Of a stretch of 64,000 nt of DNA, positions 24,900-38,757 are shown piece by piece. Origin of the DNA: Octopus sinensis (taxonomy: Eukaryota); contig NC_043005.1 of the NCBI RefSeq assembly GCF_006345805.1, positions 28,830,001-28,894,000 of the forward strand, read 5' to 3'. A model generated the notes under the pieces. That model worked only from the letters and a program-made list of their open reading frames with translations, had not been told where the DNA came from and made no database searches. Positions within the stretch are counted from its first letter, which is position 1, and each line of letters begins with the position of its first letter. The position numbers were made by a program, and so were the translations under genes.

Positions 24900-26330
24900 G
24901 AAATTTCAGACGATAAAATATATTCGTACATTTCCGTAAATACTATACTACTAGTTTGACGTTGGTTGCCGAAATCTAACGAAAATTTTCGTCAGCAATC
25001 GACATGTAGTTGGAAAGACGCAATATTGTCTGTCCGATGTGAGGAGGGGTAGCAGTAACAGCATGTAACTGCATACAGAGAGGGAAATAAAAAAAAGAGT
25101 GTAAGTACGAGAAAGAGAGCGAGGGAGGAGGTAAAAATGAGTGAGAGGAGGAGGGAAACGTGAAAAATGTGAAGCGGTGAGAACAGAACTAAAACATTAT
25201 TTATTGTAAGAAATTCACTGTGCTAAGACGAAACTATTTAACTGTAAGGGATTCGCAGGTATGTAATTTTATTAAAATAAAGATATTAATAATCAGACAA
25301 GAAAAGGAATTGCAAGCAAACTAGATGTTGTATTAAACATTTGAAAGAGACTATGTATAAATACTAATATATACACACTGGAAATGAGGCATGTATGCAT
25401 AGTGAAAGTCAGATATATATATATATATATATAATGTGTGTGTGTATATATAGATAGATATATGTGTGTGTGTGTTGGAGGAGGGAGAGAAACAAAGATA
25501 TATTCATAGTTTTTAGAAGGCGGGAAATTTTATTTCTTTCACCGGTTGCTTTCATCTGAACGACGTGGCTACTTCATAAACAACAAATGTTGATGACTGA
25601 AATTTATCTTTATTATCATCCGTTAGATATATTTACTCTACGAACAGCACATTCAACCTAACGTACGTTGATAACCCTTCGATTGAAGTACATAGCTTGT
25701 CTGTAATGCAGACCACATGCATCTGAATCTTTGGTGACATAGGAAAATAGATCTCAAAACATGAGTTTATATATGTATATATAGTTTTTATTATTATTAT
25801 TAATCGGTAGAAATCTGTGACTCACAAGTCGAGAATTTCTTTTCGTAAGTATCAATGCACTAAACTTTCAGCCCTTCAGTCTAACTTCTATCGATTAATA
25901 ATAATAATTATATATATAGGTGTCGAACATAAACAACGACCTCCCTGTACAAAACAGGAGACCGCATAGAGATGACACGCTGCACTCCCGGAGTGTTTAC
26001 AAACATTCTTAAGCATGGTGTTGTCTTAGTGTTAATAAAAATATCGAAAAACATTAATCAAGACATTTTAATTAGCTTAAATAATCTCAGGTTCGTTTGC
26101 TCATAAAGTATTGTGTTTACTATATACGTCTGAATCTCCGATTGTCTGGCAAAATTCTAAGATGTATTATACCGTGTCTATAAAATTACATCTTAACACG
26201 GGAATTAACTCAGTATGATTTATTTGCAAATTGATGAAAGTAGCATGTTTCTTTATTAGTATCTTTCGATTTATATAAAGGAGGTTGTTGATATACATGT
26301 TCGACAAATTGGCCCACCCCATCATACACA
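24900..26330. promoter_or_regulatory. Relatively CpG-rich region upstream of CHID1; candidate promoter or 5'UTR exon
   Basis: Visible CpG retention relative to the flanks; the first CHID1 coding exon is preceded by a splice acceptor (28650), so a non-coding exon must lie upstream. The exact TSS is not determinable. Confidence 0.3.
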
Positions 26331-26782
26331 CATACGTGTGTATTATATCTGTATGGTGCAACAACGGGACACATCCATTTTCTGTTGAATATGTTAACTA
26401 TACACGAAAATATATCATATATATATATATATAATGAAATTATTGTATACAGTGCTCGTATCTATATGGCTAAATTTCTTTATGAGTACCGTAAGATCGC
26501 CTATTTATGGCGGACTGGGTCTAAAAATATTGGTTGCCAGGACACTAAGGGGGGCCCACCCGCAACTACAATGCTATCATTTATTATTATTAATTTTTTT
26601 TTTGTCAAAAGTATTCTTTTCAACTGTCTACAGACACAGCCAGGCTAAAATAATGCATTCTTCCAGGAGTGAATAAAAAAATTCTCAGACTCAAGAGGAT
26701 GGGACCCCATATATGGATTCTAGTGGTACAGGGGCCCACTTGCCATGGGCAAGCTGGCAACCAGTCCAGTCTGCCACTGTGT

Positions 26783-26818
<36 letters not shown>

Positions 26819-27090
26819 CCTTCATTGCATGCTAAACCAGTTGGTGGTGTTGCTTATCACCACTAACAGAGCCCCTTGATCTCTGTTATTTGCTTTTCAA
26901 ACTGTTTGGATTATTCTCAACTGAGAACCCTCCTCCTTTATCACATCATTTTGTACAATTTAATGTTGTTTAACTGCAGGTCATCCCTGATCAATGAATG
27001 TTTTAGCTCTGACCATCCTGCCTTTTCTGATAGTGTAGCTGGAACTACATTATCCAATGCTATATGTGTTTTAAAAACTGAAACTGCATG

Positions 27091-27426
27091 GAGTTAAATA
27101 CCATGATCCTCTAGTAAACTAACTTCAATCTTCCCAACTCCCCAGTCTACCTTCAGCCATCATTGTCGAAGTCTGCAAATATTATTTAGCCCCAGGTCAT
27201 CCCTGATCCAACAGACTTACGATGTGGCTTTGACCATCCTACCATTTATCCAGACATTGTATACCTATAACTGTATTATGCGTCATCATTTTTATGTCTG
27301 TTTCTCCTTGCCCAGATTGAATGGGTCTTTATCAACAGTGGTCTTACCACATGTACTATCATCCTCCATATCTATCTGCTATATTTATATATAAACCTAT
27401 TGTTTTATGAATATTATTATTCACAA
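27091..27426 (+). repeat. 336-bp near-identical direct duplicate of 20125-20460
   Basis: Same base-by-base match; the copies are 6966 bp apart. Confidence 0.95.
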
Positions 27427-28671
27427 CAAATATTAGGTATTGAACCAGTAATTCATTGGATGACAGCATCCCTTAATGAGGTTAATTTAACCTCTAATTG
27501 AATATATATATCAAAGGGAAATAATGAGTTAAAATCACACTGGAGTCAACTTAAGCCTTTCATCGTAAAAATTAGGCATAAGTCAAGTACTAGGGTCAGT
27601 AGCATTGATTTACTCTTCACCTCAAAATTGTTGACCTTCTGCCCACATTAGAAACCATTGCTATTATTGTACATGTGTGTGACAGACATAAGGACACAGT
27701 AATAATAATGGTTTATAAACCCTTTCTTGTTCTGATGGAATATAGCCTGACCTATGTGGACAGCCTGTATGTTGGTAATTTATATTCAGTAACTTATAAT
27801 AAAATATTTTTCTTGTCACTATGGTAATTGTTCTCTACATAAAAATGTCATGATAACAGCTGCAATAATGGTGATTCTTGGGTATATAATGGTTTAATTG
27901 TTAGTTAGTTATGCATGCCTATGTTCACCAACATACAGTGTGTTTGTATCACATCATTGCATTGTATTCTAATGTTTGTTTATTATATTTTACTGTTGCT
28001 GATTATTATGATTTATCATAAGACATGAGCTGACAAAATTGTTAGCACAACAGATAAAGTGCTTAGAGGCATTTCTTCAGGCTCTTTGTATTCTGAGTTC
28101 AAATCTGACCCAAATCAATTTTGCCTTTTATTCTTTCAATGTTGGTACAATTAAATACAAGTCAAGTAATGGAATCAGTGTGGCTGACTTGACTCTTTCC
28201 CCACCAGAATTGCTGGTATTATGCCTAAACTGTCATTCATTATGATTTGCAAACCTGAGCACCAAACTATTAATCTGTTAATTAACAAAGTTAATTTCGG
28301 AAATCATTATCGGACTAATTAACTTCCGTTAACTCAAGTCAACTTAAGTTCACTTCAGTTCAATTGAAGTTAACAGATTTTATAGTTTTGACGCTTTTTA
28401 AAAGTGTTTTCAGGTGGTTTTAGAGCAAAAACTGTCTTTTTTTTTTTTTCTTTTATAAGAAAAATTAATGTTAGCAGTTTATTGATAACTTCTGTTACAT
28501 TAGAAAATAATTAACTGATTAACAGTTGTTGAAGTTAACTTTTTGGTAAATGGTTAACGAAATTAACTTTTCGATTAATGGTGCCCACCTTTGATGATTT
28601 GTTACTGTATAATGCTGAGTTTTGTTATGTTTTCTACTTCAATATTTTAGTGACACTTCAAGTGAGACAGC

Positions 28672-31600
28672 ATGAAGCATTTTCTGCTTCTCTATGTGAC
28701 CATAGTATGCCTACTTTCGCCTGTGTTTGCAACATTATCACAGAGTGACAAGAAGAAGAAGAAGCCAAAAGAAGTAAAAGTAAGATTATCTTTGCAAAGT
28801 TTGAATTGTGAGGGAGTAAAATTGTTACATTACTTCTTAAAAACTGGTACTAAGGGACCAGTTATATGGTTCGAAAGTAAAACCTTTTGAAAACTGGGGA
28901 TGGAAAGTGTTTGTAATAATGTCTGAAAGATGTTGACTTGTCTCAGAAATTTTACTAAGGCCATATATCAATAACTCATATATGTTGTATATGCAGAAGA
29001 ACTTTGCATGTGGCAAATGTGTAGGTACAATAAGCATTAAACATATGCAGACAATAGAGTTCTTCAAATGGGTGGGTAGGTGGAGGGTCATTAGAAGTAA
29101 ATAGCTTCTTTTACCTTGGAGACCAAGTCAGCAGTGGTGGGGGGAGTTCTGATAGTGTAGTTTATGGAATGAAAATGGGCTGAGCAAAGTCAAGAGAGCT
29201 TCTACCTTTGTTGGTAACTAAGGGCCTCTCCTTCAGAATGAAAGGCAGATTGTATGATGCATGTGTACATACAACTATGCTGCATGGTAGTGAAACATAG
29301 GCTTTAACTACCGAGAACTTGCAGAGGCTTGAAAGAAATGAAGCTAGCATGTTCTGCTGGATGGGTAATGGTAGTGTGCATGCATGACAGAGTGTAAATG
29401 ATTTAAGAGGATAGCTGGCTGTAAGAGGCATCAGATGTGCGCAAGAGAGAAGACTGCATTGGTTTGGTCATGTGATGCATATGGATGAGGACAGCTGCAT
29501 AAAGAAGTGCTGAGCTCTAATTGTGGAGGGTACTAGTGGAAGAAGTTGACTCAGGAAGACATGGGACAAAGTGGTGAGAAAGGATCCTCGGAGGCTGGGC
29601 CTCTCTGAGGAATGATAAGGAACTAGGAGTTGTGGTTTGCTGTACTTGAGATGATGCATCAAGCCAAGTAAAATGCACTCATGCTGGTGCTGCATAGATG
29701 CACCTGTGCCAGTGGCACATGAAAAGCACCCAACACACTCTGTTATGTAGTTTGAAGAGCATTCAGCCATAGAAACCATGCCACAACAGACAATTGAAAT
29801 CTGGTCAGCTCTTGTCAAACCACATGCCAGGAAAATAGATGTTGAACAACGATGATGATGTATCATCAGGTGCAGGAGTGGCTGTGGTAAGTAGCTTGCT
29901 AACCAACCACATGGTTCTGGGTTCAGTCCCACTGCATGGTATCTTGGGCAAGTGTCTTCTGCTATAGCCCCGGGCTGACCAATGCCTTGTGAGTGGATTT
30001 GGTAGACGGAAACTGAAAGAAGCCTGTCGTATATATGTATGTATATATATGTGTGTGTGTGTTTGTGTGTCTGTGTTTGTCCCCCTAGCATTGCTTGACA
30101 ACCGATGCTGGTGTGTTTATGTCCCCGTCACTTAGCGGTTCAGCAAAAGAGGCCGATAGAATAAGTACTGGGCTTATAAAGAATAAGTCCCAGGGTCGAT
30201 TTGCTTGACTAAAGGCGGTGCTCCAGCATGGCCGCAGTCAAATGACTGAAACAAGTGAAAAAAAAAAAGAATATATATACACAACAAGCTTCTTTCAGTT
30301 TCTACATACCAAATCCCACTAACAAGTGTCTGGTCAGCCCGGGGTTGTAGTAGAAGACACATGCCATACAGTGGGTCTGTATCTGGAATGTTGTAGTTGC
30401 AAAGCTAACTTCTTAACCACTCAGCCGTGACTGCACCTAAGTGTGTGGGCTGTTGGGTTTACTGATGGTGTGAGTGTTTATTTTAAAATCTTTACCTTTT
30501 GGTAAATAGAGGTGATTAACCCTTTCATTACAGTATTTTTTTTTGAGATGCTCTGTTTCTTTCAATTATTTTAAATATAACAAAGAATTTAGTAAAATAA
30601 CTTAGTTATCATTCAGCTAGTGTTAGGAAAATAAATTGTGACTGAGGTTTGGTGGAAGATTTTAATTCAAAACTGATGAAAACAAGACATTTGTAATACA
30701 GAGCCAGAGCCTGTTTGAGCTGGGTTGGTAACGAAAGGGTTAAAGCAAAATCCAGGCTGGAATAGTTACTGGTATCAACGTGAACAGCAAAAACTCTTAA
30801 AGACAGGGTCTTAGCATGGCTACAGTCCAATGCATAAACCCAGTAAAGGAATATTTGATTTCATTTTGAAAATTGTTTTTAGTTAAAATCCTCAGTTGAA
30901 AAACATCTGATAAAAAAATGCATTTTTTCAGTTTGTAGTTCCATAAATCTGAGTTCTCTTTGATTTAGAGAAATAGAAACTTTTCAAATCACTCCCTGTA
31001 CACAATATGATGTGACTAATGTTAATTGTATTTTACATCTTACAGCATATGGCTTCATTTGGATTAAAAGCCAATAAAATTGAGTATATCTTCATACTGA
31101 AAATGGATTATACTGCAATTTTCTCACAGGAGTTCAAATCTTACCATTAGTAAAAACCTTAAAAAGTATTGGTCAGTGTTACTATCTAGAGAATGAAAAG
31201 TCTGTAATCCAACCATTGTCATAAAAGCTGGGATAATCTCCAGCTCATTTTGTCAAAAACCATACAATATATCTGGGGAACAAGTGATACACATTGGAAC
31301 CTTCTGTTTAAATGTAGTTCAATTCTCCATCATATAAACAGTACCCCAGACCACCAGCTTTAGATATACCCCACCCACACCTTAGTTGTGTTCTGTTTGA
31401 ATCACTAGAAATGAATGAAAGTACCCTCATCACCATCACAGTCTGGGTTATCCCTTGTTGGCTAAAGTTTTGAATTCAGTACATTTCTGTTAAAATATCA
31501 TTGTTCATGTAACAGTGACTTTTATGTACACCAATGTTAGATGTTTTATTTTACTGACTCTTTGCCTCTCTCTCTCTCACTCTCTCAAACAACCCATATC

Positions 31601-34600
31601 CATTTTGCTGTATAATCTCACCTGTGTGTCCATCTTTCAGCCTAAACTCTCTGATAAAACAGTCATACAACGAGGTCTTGTCACTGAACAGGTGAAAGCG
31701 AAAGACATAATCAAAGAACATGGTATTTATTGCGACACAAGACGTGAAGTGAAGAATTTCCGTGGAGAAACTTTGGCCTACGTTACACCAGTTAGTCATT
31801 TTAATTACTTTCCATGGTTGTTTGCACTTGAATAATTGTTTCATTGTTTAAATTTTTCTTGACCAGTCTTTTGTGCATTTCAGTTAATTTGGAAAATAAT
31901 TGAAAATTTCTGAGAGATTTCATTCTTTAACATATAATAAGATATTATCTGAAAAATACTATTAGAAAATACAAATGTATATTGGTAAATTATGATATTA
32001 AGATGGTGTTTGGATCCTAACTTAAAAGACAAATATATTTATACGAGGTATTTGGGCTAAATTTGACAGTTTGCATAAAAAGGAAAGAAAACACAATATC
32101 CAAAAATAAAACAATTTGAGAAAATCAAAAAATATCAACAAAATTATGGCTGGGAACTAACAGTCTATCCAATGTAGCCACATTCAGCTTCCACCCTGGC
32201 TTCAAGACAACTTCAGAACTTGGTGCATGCATTCCTTACTGTGTGTCCCTGGTAAGATCTTTGAACACCTCCTTGCTCTTGGCCACTAACCCAACCTTAG
32301 TGTTGCAGAGTAGTTAGTGTCTTTCACAACTGCACCCCACACATGGTAATCCAGGGGATTATAATCAGGGAAATTAGGGGGCCAGTGAAGTCAGAAATTC
32401 TCCAACAACCACTTCTGACACTTTCAAGAGGTATAGCAAAGAGTCAAATCCTACTGCTATACATGGCCTTCCAGCAGTAACCCTCTCCAACCAGAGTTTG
32501 ACCAGTCTCCAGCAGCTTGTCATGGACATTTGAATTGAGCCTAAAGCCTCTTTCAACAATGCAATGAATTCTGGCAGATGCAATCAGAATGGCTTCACAA
32601 TGTTGTTGCATGTCATGTCTTACAGCCTGTACAGTGTTCACAGAGCATTGAGCAGCAGTCGTGATGTTGGCATTTTAATGGTCAGTGTGAATTATCATGA
32701 TACAAATAACTCTTTTTCAATATATTCAGATGGATTTGTCCTCCATGTCAACTAACTTTTTCCTCAACTTCAAAATCTCCAACACTGTTGATTCTTCACC
32801 AATACATGAAGCTGTTCTTGAAAACAAGGAGACATAAAAAAATTATCCAATTTAGGCCAAACACCCTGTATATATCATTGCTATTATGCAAAAGTATTGT
32901 AAGTCCAAAACATTGCTTTTTCAGAAAATAAAAAAATAGTTTCACCATTCCATAGCAAAACTGTTGTACTACACTTTGACAATTTTGATATCTTGGCATC
33001 TGAAGCAGCTGGGGATACGATAGTTTGACGAAAAGAACCAGCTATTGCAAGCAAAATAAATATTGAAAAAAAACACATTTGGCCAAATTTGGACATACGA
33101 CAGTTTAACATAACAGCAATGATATATTGATAAACTGAGATGGGGAATAACAGAAGTCAGGTGTATGTTGGCAATATGAAATTTGTGTTTAGAATATAAT
33201 TTAATGAAAGTCAAATTATAGGTAATTTAAGATGGGATTTGGAAAGTAGCTTCAAATATTGCAATAGGACATTAAAGTTGGACATTTTTGTCTCCTAGGG
33301 TTAAACAGTTTTTTCCTTTCAGTTCTATAATTAAGAGATGAGGAATTATGCACATTATTTACATTTGATGAATATTTGTCCTCATCTTGTTTGTTGTTAA
33401 CACAACATTTCAGCTGATATACCCTCCAGCCTTCATCAGATGTCTTGGGGAAATTTTGAACTTCGGTTCTCATTCCTAAGGTATTTTTTGATGTAGTTGT
33501 TATTATTATTACTACTATTACTACTACTACTACTACTTACTACTATTATTATTATAATTATCATCATCATCATCATCATTATTATTCAGGTCATTGCCTG
33601 GAATCGAACTCGGAATCTTGGGGTTAATAGCCCACGCTCTTAACCACGGGCATATGGCGTAGTGGTTAAGAGCACAGACTACTAACCCCAAGATTCCAAG
33701 TTTGATTCCCAGCAATGACCTGAATAATAATAACAACAACATTGAAAAATACCTTAGGAATGAGAACCCAGGTTCCAAATTTCTTCAAGACACCTGATGA
33801 AGGCTGGAGGGTACATCCACTGAAATGTTGTGTTAACAAGAAACAAGATGAGGACAAATATCCGTCAAATGTAAATAATGAAGTTTTTTCCTTTAATAAA
33901 ATTAAATGAATTAATGATGTTATCATTGATTGCAGTGGAATTCACATGGTTATGACTTAGCAAGACAATTTGGCAACAAGTTTACTTACGTTTCTCCAGT
34001 CTGGTTACAAGTGAAGAGAAGACCAAGTGGTGCTTACGTTGTACAAGGAGAACATGACATTGATAGAAGTAATTATATTTCTGACATTGTCCTTGTTATT
34101 GTTGTCACTATTGGAACCGTGTTGATTTGTTTCTGGTCACAACTATAATCAACATTAATAGAAATAATTATCATATTTGTGTGTGCGTTAAATGATTTAT
34201 GTCTTTTACTTTCTCTCCCTTACTATATATATATGGGAGGCTTCATCAGGCCCAGTCAACACTGCCAAATCTGACTGGGCCTGATGAAGCCTCCCGGCTT
34301 CACAGACCCCAGTTAAACCGTCCAACCCATGCTAGCATGGAAAACGGACGCTAAATGATGATATATATATAAAATCTCATCATCATCATTTAATGTTTGT
34401 TGTCCATGCTGGCATGGGTTGGACAGTTTAACCAGGGCTAGTAAGATGAGGAGCTGCACCAGACTCCAGTTTGATTTGGCATGGTTTATTGGCCCTTCCT
34501 AACATCAACCTAGCCTGGTGCAGCCACTGGCTCTCCAGGCTTCAGTCAAACCGTCCAACTCATGCCAGCATGGAAAACGGACGTTAATTGATGATGATGA

Positions 34601-37600
34601 TGATGTCTACATATCAGCTAGAAGGGCATCCATCTGTAGTAAACCATGGCAATTGAGCCTGGAACCTGGTGCAGCTCTCTGACTCGTCAGCTCCAGTCAA
34701 ACTGTCTAACCCATGCCAGCATGGAGAGCAGACATTAAATGATGATGACAGGGATGTGCTATGGAAGATGTCCACCCCCAATACTCTTTGTGAAGTGGTT
34801 GCTGTTTGGAAGGGCATCCATTTATAGAAACAATAGCAAATCAGACTGGAACTTGGTGCAGCTCTGATCAAACCGTCCAACCCATGCCAGCATGGAAAAT
34901 GGACGTTAAATGATGATGATGATGATGCTTATACATATATAGTGTGTATACAGGTGTGTGAGTGGTGGTGTTGTTTGTATTCAGCAGAGGGTGCTGTGTA
35001 ACCAGAACATTTGTAGCATCTCCCAGGCTGGTGAGATTGATGCATTTGGTGTTGTGTTTAAATATCAGCAACAAAACCAATGGTCTTCACTGAATGACCT
35101 CTACTAAAGGAACTCGCTGACCAAGCAAATACTATGAGGTGTATACAGGTGTATGTAATAAGATATAGGTTTAATCAATAGTATTCCCACCACGACCACC
35201 CTAGCTGTATTCATTGATCCACATAAATATTTCTCATATTTAACATAAATCTTAATTTAGAATTTTCTCTTATTGAATATATTTTCTTTTGCAGATTGGA
35301 TTGAAGAGGTCACAAAAGGTCGTAATACTAAAATCTGTGAGTTATATTTACCCAAGAACTAATTAATGTTGTAAATGTTGTTATTAAGAATCCTTGATCA
35401 GATTCCATAGAGATGCTGAACTGATTCACCACCTCACATATCCAGTAATCTTCATTTGTTTAATTTATACTACACTGTTTGCTCCGTAGTGTATACCACA
35501 CACTGTACATTCAGTGCTAATACACTACATCCCATACTGTTTACTGTGCACAAGTACACTAGATCCCACACTATACAGTGCCCCTATACTACAGTTGAGT
35601 GCTAAAAGCTCCATCCGAGCGGGATCACTGCCAGAGCAGCTGTCTGGCTTCCGTGCCGGTGGCACATAAAAAGCACCATTTGAACGTGATCGTTACCAGC
35701 GTCGCCTTATTGGCACTTGTGCTGGTGGCACGTGAACAAAACATTAGAGCGAGGTCGTTGCCAGTGCTGCTGGACGGACTCCTGTGCAGGTGGCATGTAA
35801 AAAAAAAACACCATTTCAAGCATGGCCATTGTCAGTACCGCCAGACTAGCCCTTGTGCCGGTGGCACGTAAAAGCACCCACTACACTCTCAGAGTGGTTA
35901 GCATTAGGAAGGGCATCCAGCTGTATAAACTCTGCCAGATCAGATTGGAGCCTGGCGCAGCCATCTGGTTCGCTAGTCCTCAGTCATATCGTCCAACCCA
36001 TGCTAGCATGGAAAGCGGACGTTAAATGAAGATGATGATCAGTGGTGACGAGAGGTCAAAGAACACTGATGGACCATGTAGGAAGGCACAACTACACGCA
36101 GTGAAAATTTGAAGAAGGATTTAAGTCAGTTCGCTATGTGTTAGTAGAACCACCAGTAAACAGTGTAAAGTGATACTACCTGCAGCATTCTGGAGAGAAA
36201 AATAATTGTGTGGAAGAAATGATAATAATAATACGTCCATGTGAAGGATTTTAGTCAGGTTGCTATATGTCAGTAGTGTTACTGGTAAGCAATGTAGACT
36301 GGTACTACCTGCGGCATTCTGGAGAGAAAAATAATTGTGTGTGGAAGAAGAAATGAAGAAAAAAATAATGCGGTGTGAAAGAGAAAAAAATCTCAAAACA
36401 GAGATGTGGTGGGCACACCCAAGTCAGAAGTGGTCTGTTCCACTACTGATAAATGGTGGACAGATACTGCAAGCAGTGTCAGTCGGTGAGGTGTCCCGCA
36501 TGAGCAAGTCATGCAGACAACAAAGTTTCATCATCATAATGCAGGACATATCATTCATCATAGTTCCCTATATAACAGGTTCCTTTATATTTATCACAGT
36601 TTCTGATATAACAAGTTTCTTTATATTTATCACAGTTCCCTATATAACAAGTTCCATTATATCTACCACACTTCCCTATATATTCCTTTATGTCTACCAC
36701 AGTTCCCTATATAACTAGATCCTTTATATTTATCACAGTTACTTAAATGTAACATCTTTTGTATAATGATTATATTAACTATTTCTTTTATATCTACCAC
36801 AGTTCCTCGAATGTTGTTTGATGGTTGGACTGGGGAAGATTATCTTCACTTATTCTCCAGTGAAGATGAAATTGAAGATTGTGTTGAAACTATTTTAAAG
36901 TTTATTAAGGTATGGCTTACTATCAAGCAGTGCTGTCTTGTTGTTGATTTTGTAGTTTACTTCCAGATCAGTTTCCATCCAGTATGTCTATGAATAAAGA
37001 TCTTCAAGCTGTCACCATCCTGTTTTTCATTCAAGCATATTATATCTCTACAACTTATCTAATGTGTCTTTTATTTGAACATAGTCTAGGACTACTTATC
37101 TAATCTGTCTTCTCTCTTTTTTTAAACCCTTTTCTTTCTGTATTTCTGCCTTTGTTCCAATTAATTATGAAAATAATAAAGTATATAACAAAATAACTTG
37201 ATTATTATTAAGTTGATGTTTGAAAATGAATTAATATGAAATTTTGATGGAAGGTTTTGATTTAAATTACTTTAAAACCAGTAGTTTGTATCCTAGAAAC
37301 AAGGGCAATATCAGGTCAGTTCATATCAAAAGGATTAGGATAGGGTATAATTTGAAGAAGATTAGAGTCCACATAGTTTTCTTCATTGTTGTTGATGTGG
37401 TGGTTTAACTACAAGTTAGTTCTCTACCAGCAGATATTTTTATTCAGACATCAGCAATTTTAATTATGATACCACTGTATTACTATTAGGGAACAATAAA
37501 TATTGTCATTGGTCCCATGTTCCCAACAGGCCCAATCCTTGGTTCACTGTATTTCAGGTGACAGTGACAAAGGTGTGTCTAACTCAATGCAAGGGACTTT

Positions 37601-38710
37601 GTTCTTAATGCACTCTAGTTGCTGGCCCACTGGGCCATGACTTTTAAAAAAGTATATCAGTTATTACATACACACACACTCAACTTTCCATCCACCTTCC
37701 AACCCACCCATTCAATCAGTCACTCAGTCTATAAATAAATAATCACTGGCAGTACCTCAGCATGGCCACAGCCACAGGGCTGAAACACATAACAGAATTT
37801 CCCAACCAAATGTTTTATTAATAATATAAATGTTGTGCCTATAACAGATGAGGTCTTCAGTTTCACTCCATAGTTATAGTTTTTACATACCTGGACCCTT
37901 ACAAAGTAATATAGATTAATGCCTTTGTTGTTGTTCAGCCATAGGTGATTGCTGATTAAATAAATCAATGATCAAAGGAATTCCAGCCATCATTACTATC
38001 CTTTGTTTTTTTTTTTGTTTTTTTTTTATATGCCTGCTATTTCTAACAGATCAAGCAACCATATCAATTAACATTGTAATTTGTGTATATACACTCTAAA
38101 ATTCATTGATCTGTTTTTGTACCCTATTATATGTATTTATGTTGTCCTTGTGGCTGAAATAAAGGAATCGTTATTCTGCTTTCAATTTAGAATCAAAATT
38201 TTCATGGAATAGTCTTGGAGATTTGGTCTCAACTTGGTGGACACCGTAAAACGTAAGTTATATCTTTTACAAACATTAAGAATTGAATTTCTACAAAAAT
38301 ATTCTGATATAGGTGCAGGAGTGGCTGTGTAGTAAGCAGCTTACTTACAAACCACATGGCACCTTGGGCAAGTGTCTTCTACTATAACCTCAGACCAACC
38401 AAAGCCTTGTGAGTGGATTTGGTAGACAGAAGCTGAAAGAAGCCCATCGTATATATATATCATCATCATCGTTTAATGTCCGTTTTCCATGCTAGCATGG
38501 GTTGGACGGTTCGACTGGGGTCTGGGAAGCCAGGAGGTTGCACCAGGCTCCAGTCTGATCTGGCAGTGTTTCTACAGCTGGATGCCTTCCTAACACCAAC
38601 TACTCCATGAGTGTAGTGGGTGCTTTATACGTGCCAGGGAAGGCTGGCAATGGCCACGATCGGTTGGTGCATCTTGAAATCAGTCTTCAGTACTTCATCC
38701 CGTGTATGTA

Positions 38711-38757
<47 letters not shown>

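Noticed and set aside
28255-28592. Possible hAT-type MITE
   Set aside because: The terminal inverted match is poor and no TSD was found.
33648-33722. Functional tRNA gene
   Set aside because: The acceptor and anticodon stems do not pair well and the sequence is embedded in a repeat palindrome; treated as a tRNA-derived head.
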